In this document: piece by piece, positions 63,564-64,000 of the stretch
How positions within the stretch are numbered: the first letter of the stretch is position 1
How the letters are laid out: the number at the start of each line of letters is the position of its first letter
DNA from: Deinococcus sp.
GTDB lineage: Bacteria > Deinococcota > Deinococci > Deinococcales > Deinococcaceae
Length of the DNA: 64,000 nucleotides
Reading direction: 5' to 3'
Assembly: GCA_965261005.1 (NCBI GenBank)
Contig: OZ253375.1
Span: forward strand, 416,001 to 480,000
Program-made: the position numbers and the translations under genes
Notes under the pieces: model-generated
Databases searched by the model: none
Told to the model about the DNA's origin: nothing
What the model saw: the letters and a program-made list of their open reading frames with translations, nothing else

Positions 63564-64000
63564 TGACCACCCTGCCCCGAACCCAAACCAGCCCCCGCAA
63601 GCGTCGAAGCTCCGCCCTTCAGACCGTTGGCCTGGTCTTCTTCTGGATCGCGGTCGTGGTGATTTTGTTCTACGTGCTGTTTCCCTTTTACTGGGCGCTC
63701 AAGACCAGCCTGACGCCCTCGGGCGAGCTGCCACAGACGGCCCTGCAATGGTTTCCGGCCAATCCCACCTTGGAGAACTACATCAACGTCTTCACCGGGT
63801 CGGCCTTCGCGCGCAATTTGCTCAACAGCCTGGTCGTCGCGGCGGGCACCGTCATTATCAGCTTGCTGCTCTCGGCGCTGGCCAGCTACGCCCTTGGCAA
63901 ATTCCGCTTTCGCGGCAAGACCGCGCTGATGTACATCATCCTGGGTGTCAGCGTGTTTCCGCAGATCGCTGTTCTCGGCGGCATGTACTCGACCATTCGC
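63563..64000 (+). CDS. Carbohydrate ABC transporter permease (MalG-like), partial
   Basis: Manual translation from ATG 63563: ..[37 protein letters not shown]; open at the window end. Confidence 0.88.

Overview
High-GC chromosomal segment, most likely from a Deinococcus-lineage bacterium (ddrA with a radiation/desiccation response motif, many leaderless genes, a Deinococcus-style small repeat). Most of the window is housekeeping: asnS (partial), aspS, hisS, smc, smpB, lnt, ackA, trpBA, gluQ, rel, glyQS, clpC-radA-PIN/TRAM, pepF, a branched-chain amino-acid cluster (leuB, ilvBNC, leuA, ilvD) with two leader-peptide attenuators, truD and a sugar ABC operon. The most interesting signals are: (1) an in-frame photolyase-family/uracil-DNA glycosylase fusion that keeps an internal RBS and ATG for stand-alone Ung; (2) an intact tyrosine recombinase directly preceded by a perfect 24-6-24 bp palindrome with a dif/lox-like TAA-N6-TTA core and mirror-image -10 boxes, divergent from ddrA; (3) accessory DNA inside the ilv/leu cluster: a complete IS4-family element with a 9-bp target duplication splitting an AT-rich membrane-protein gene, a nonsense-inactivated RelE/HigB-like toxin with intact antitoxin and operator, and a small-protein plus nucleotidyltransferase pair that may be a toxin-antitoxin module; (4) several short ORFs missing from or misread by the ORF track. 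All protein calls come from motif recognition by eye; no searches were run.
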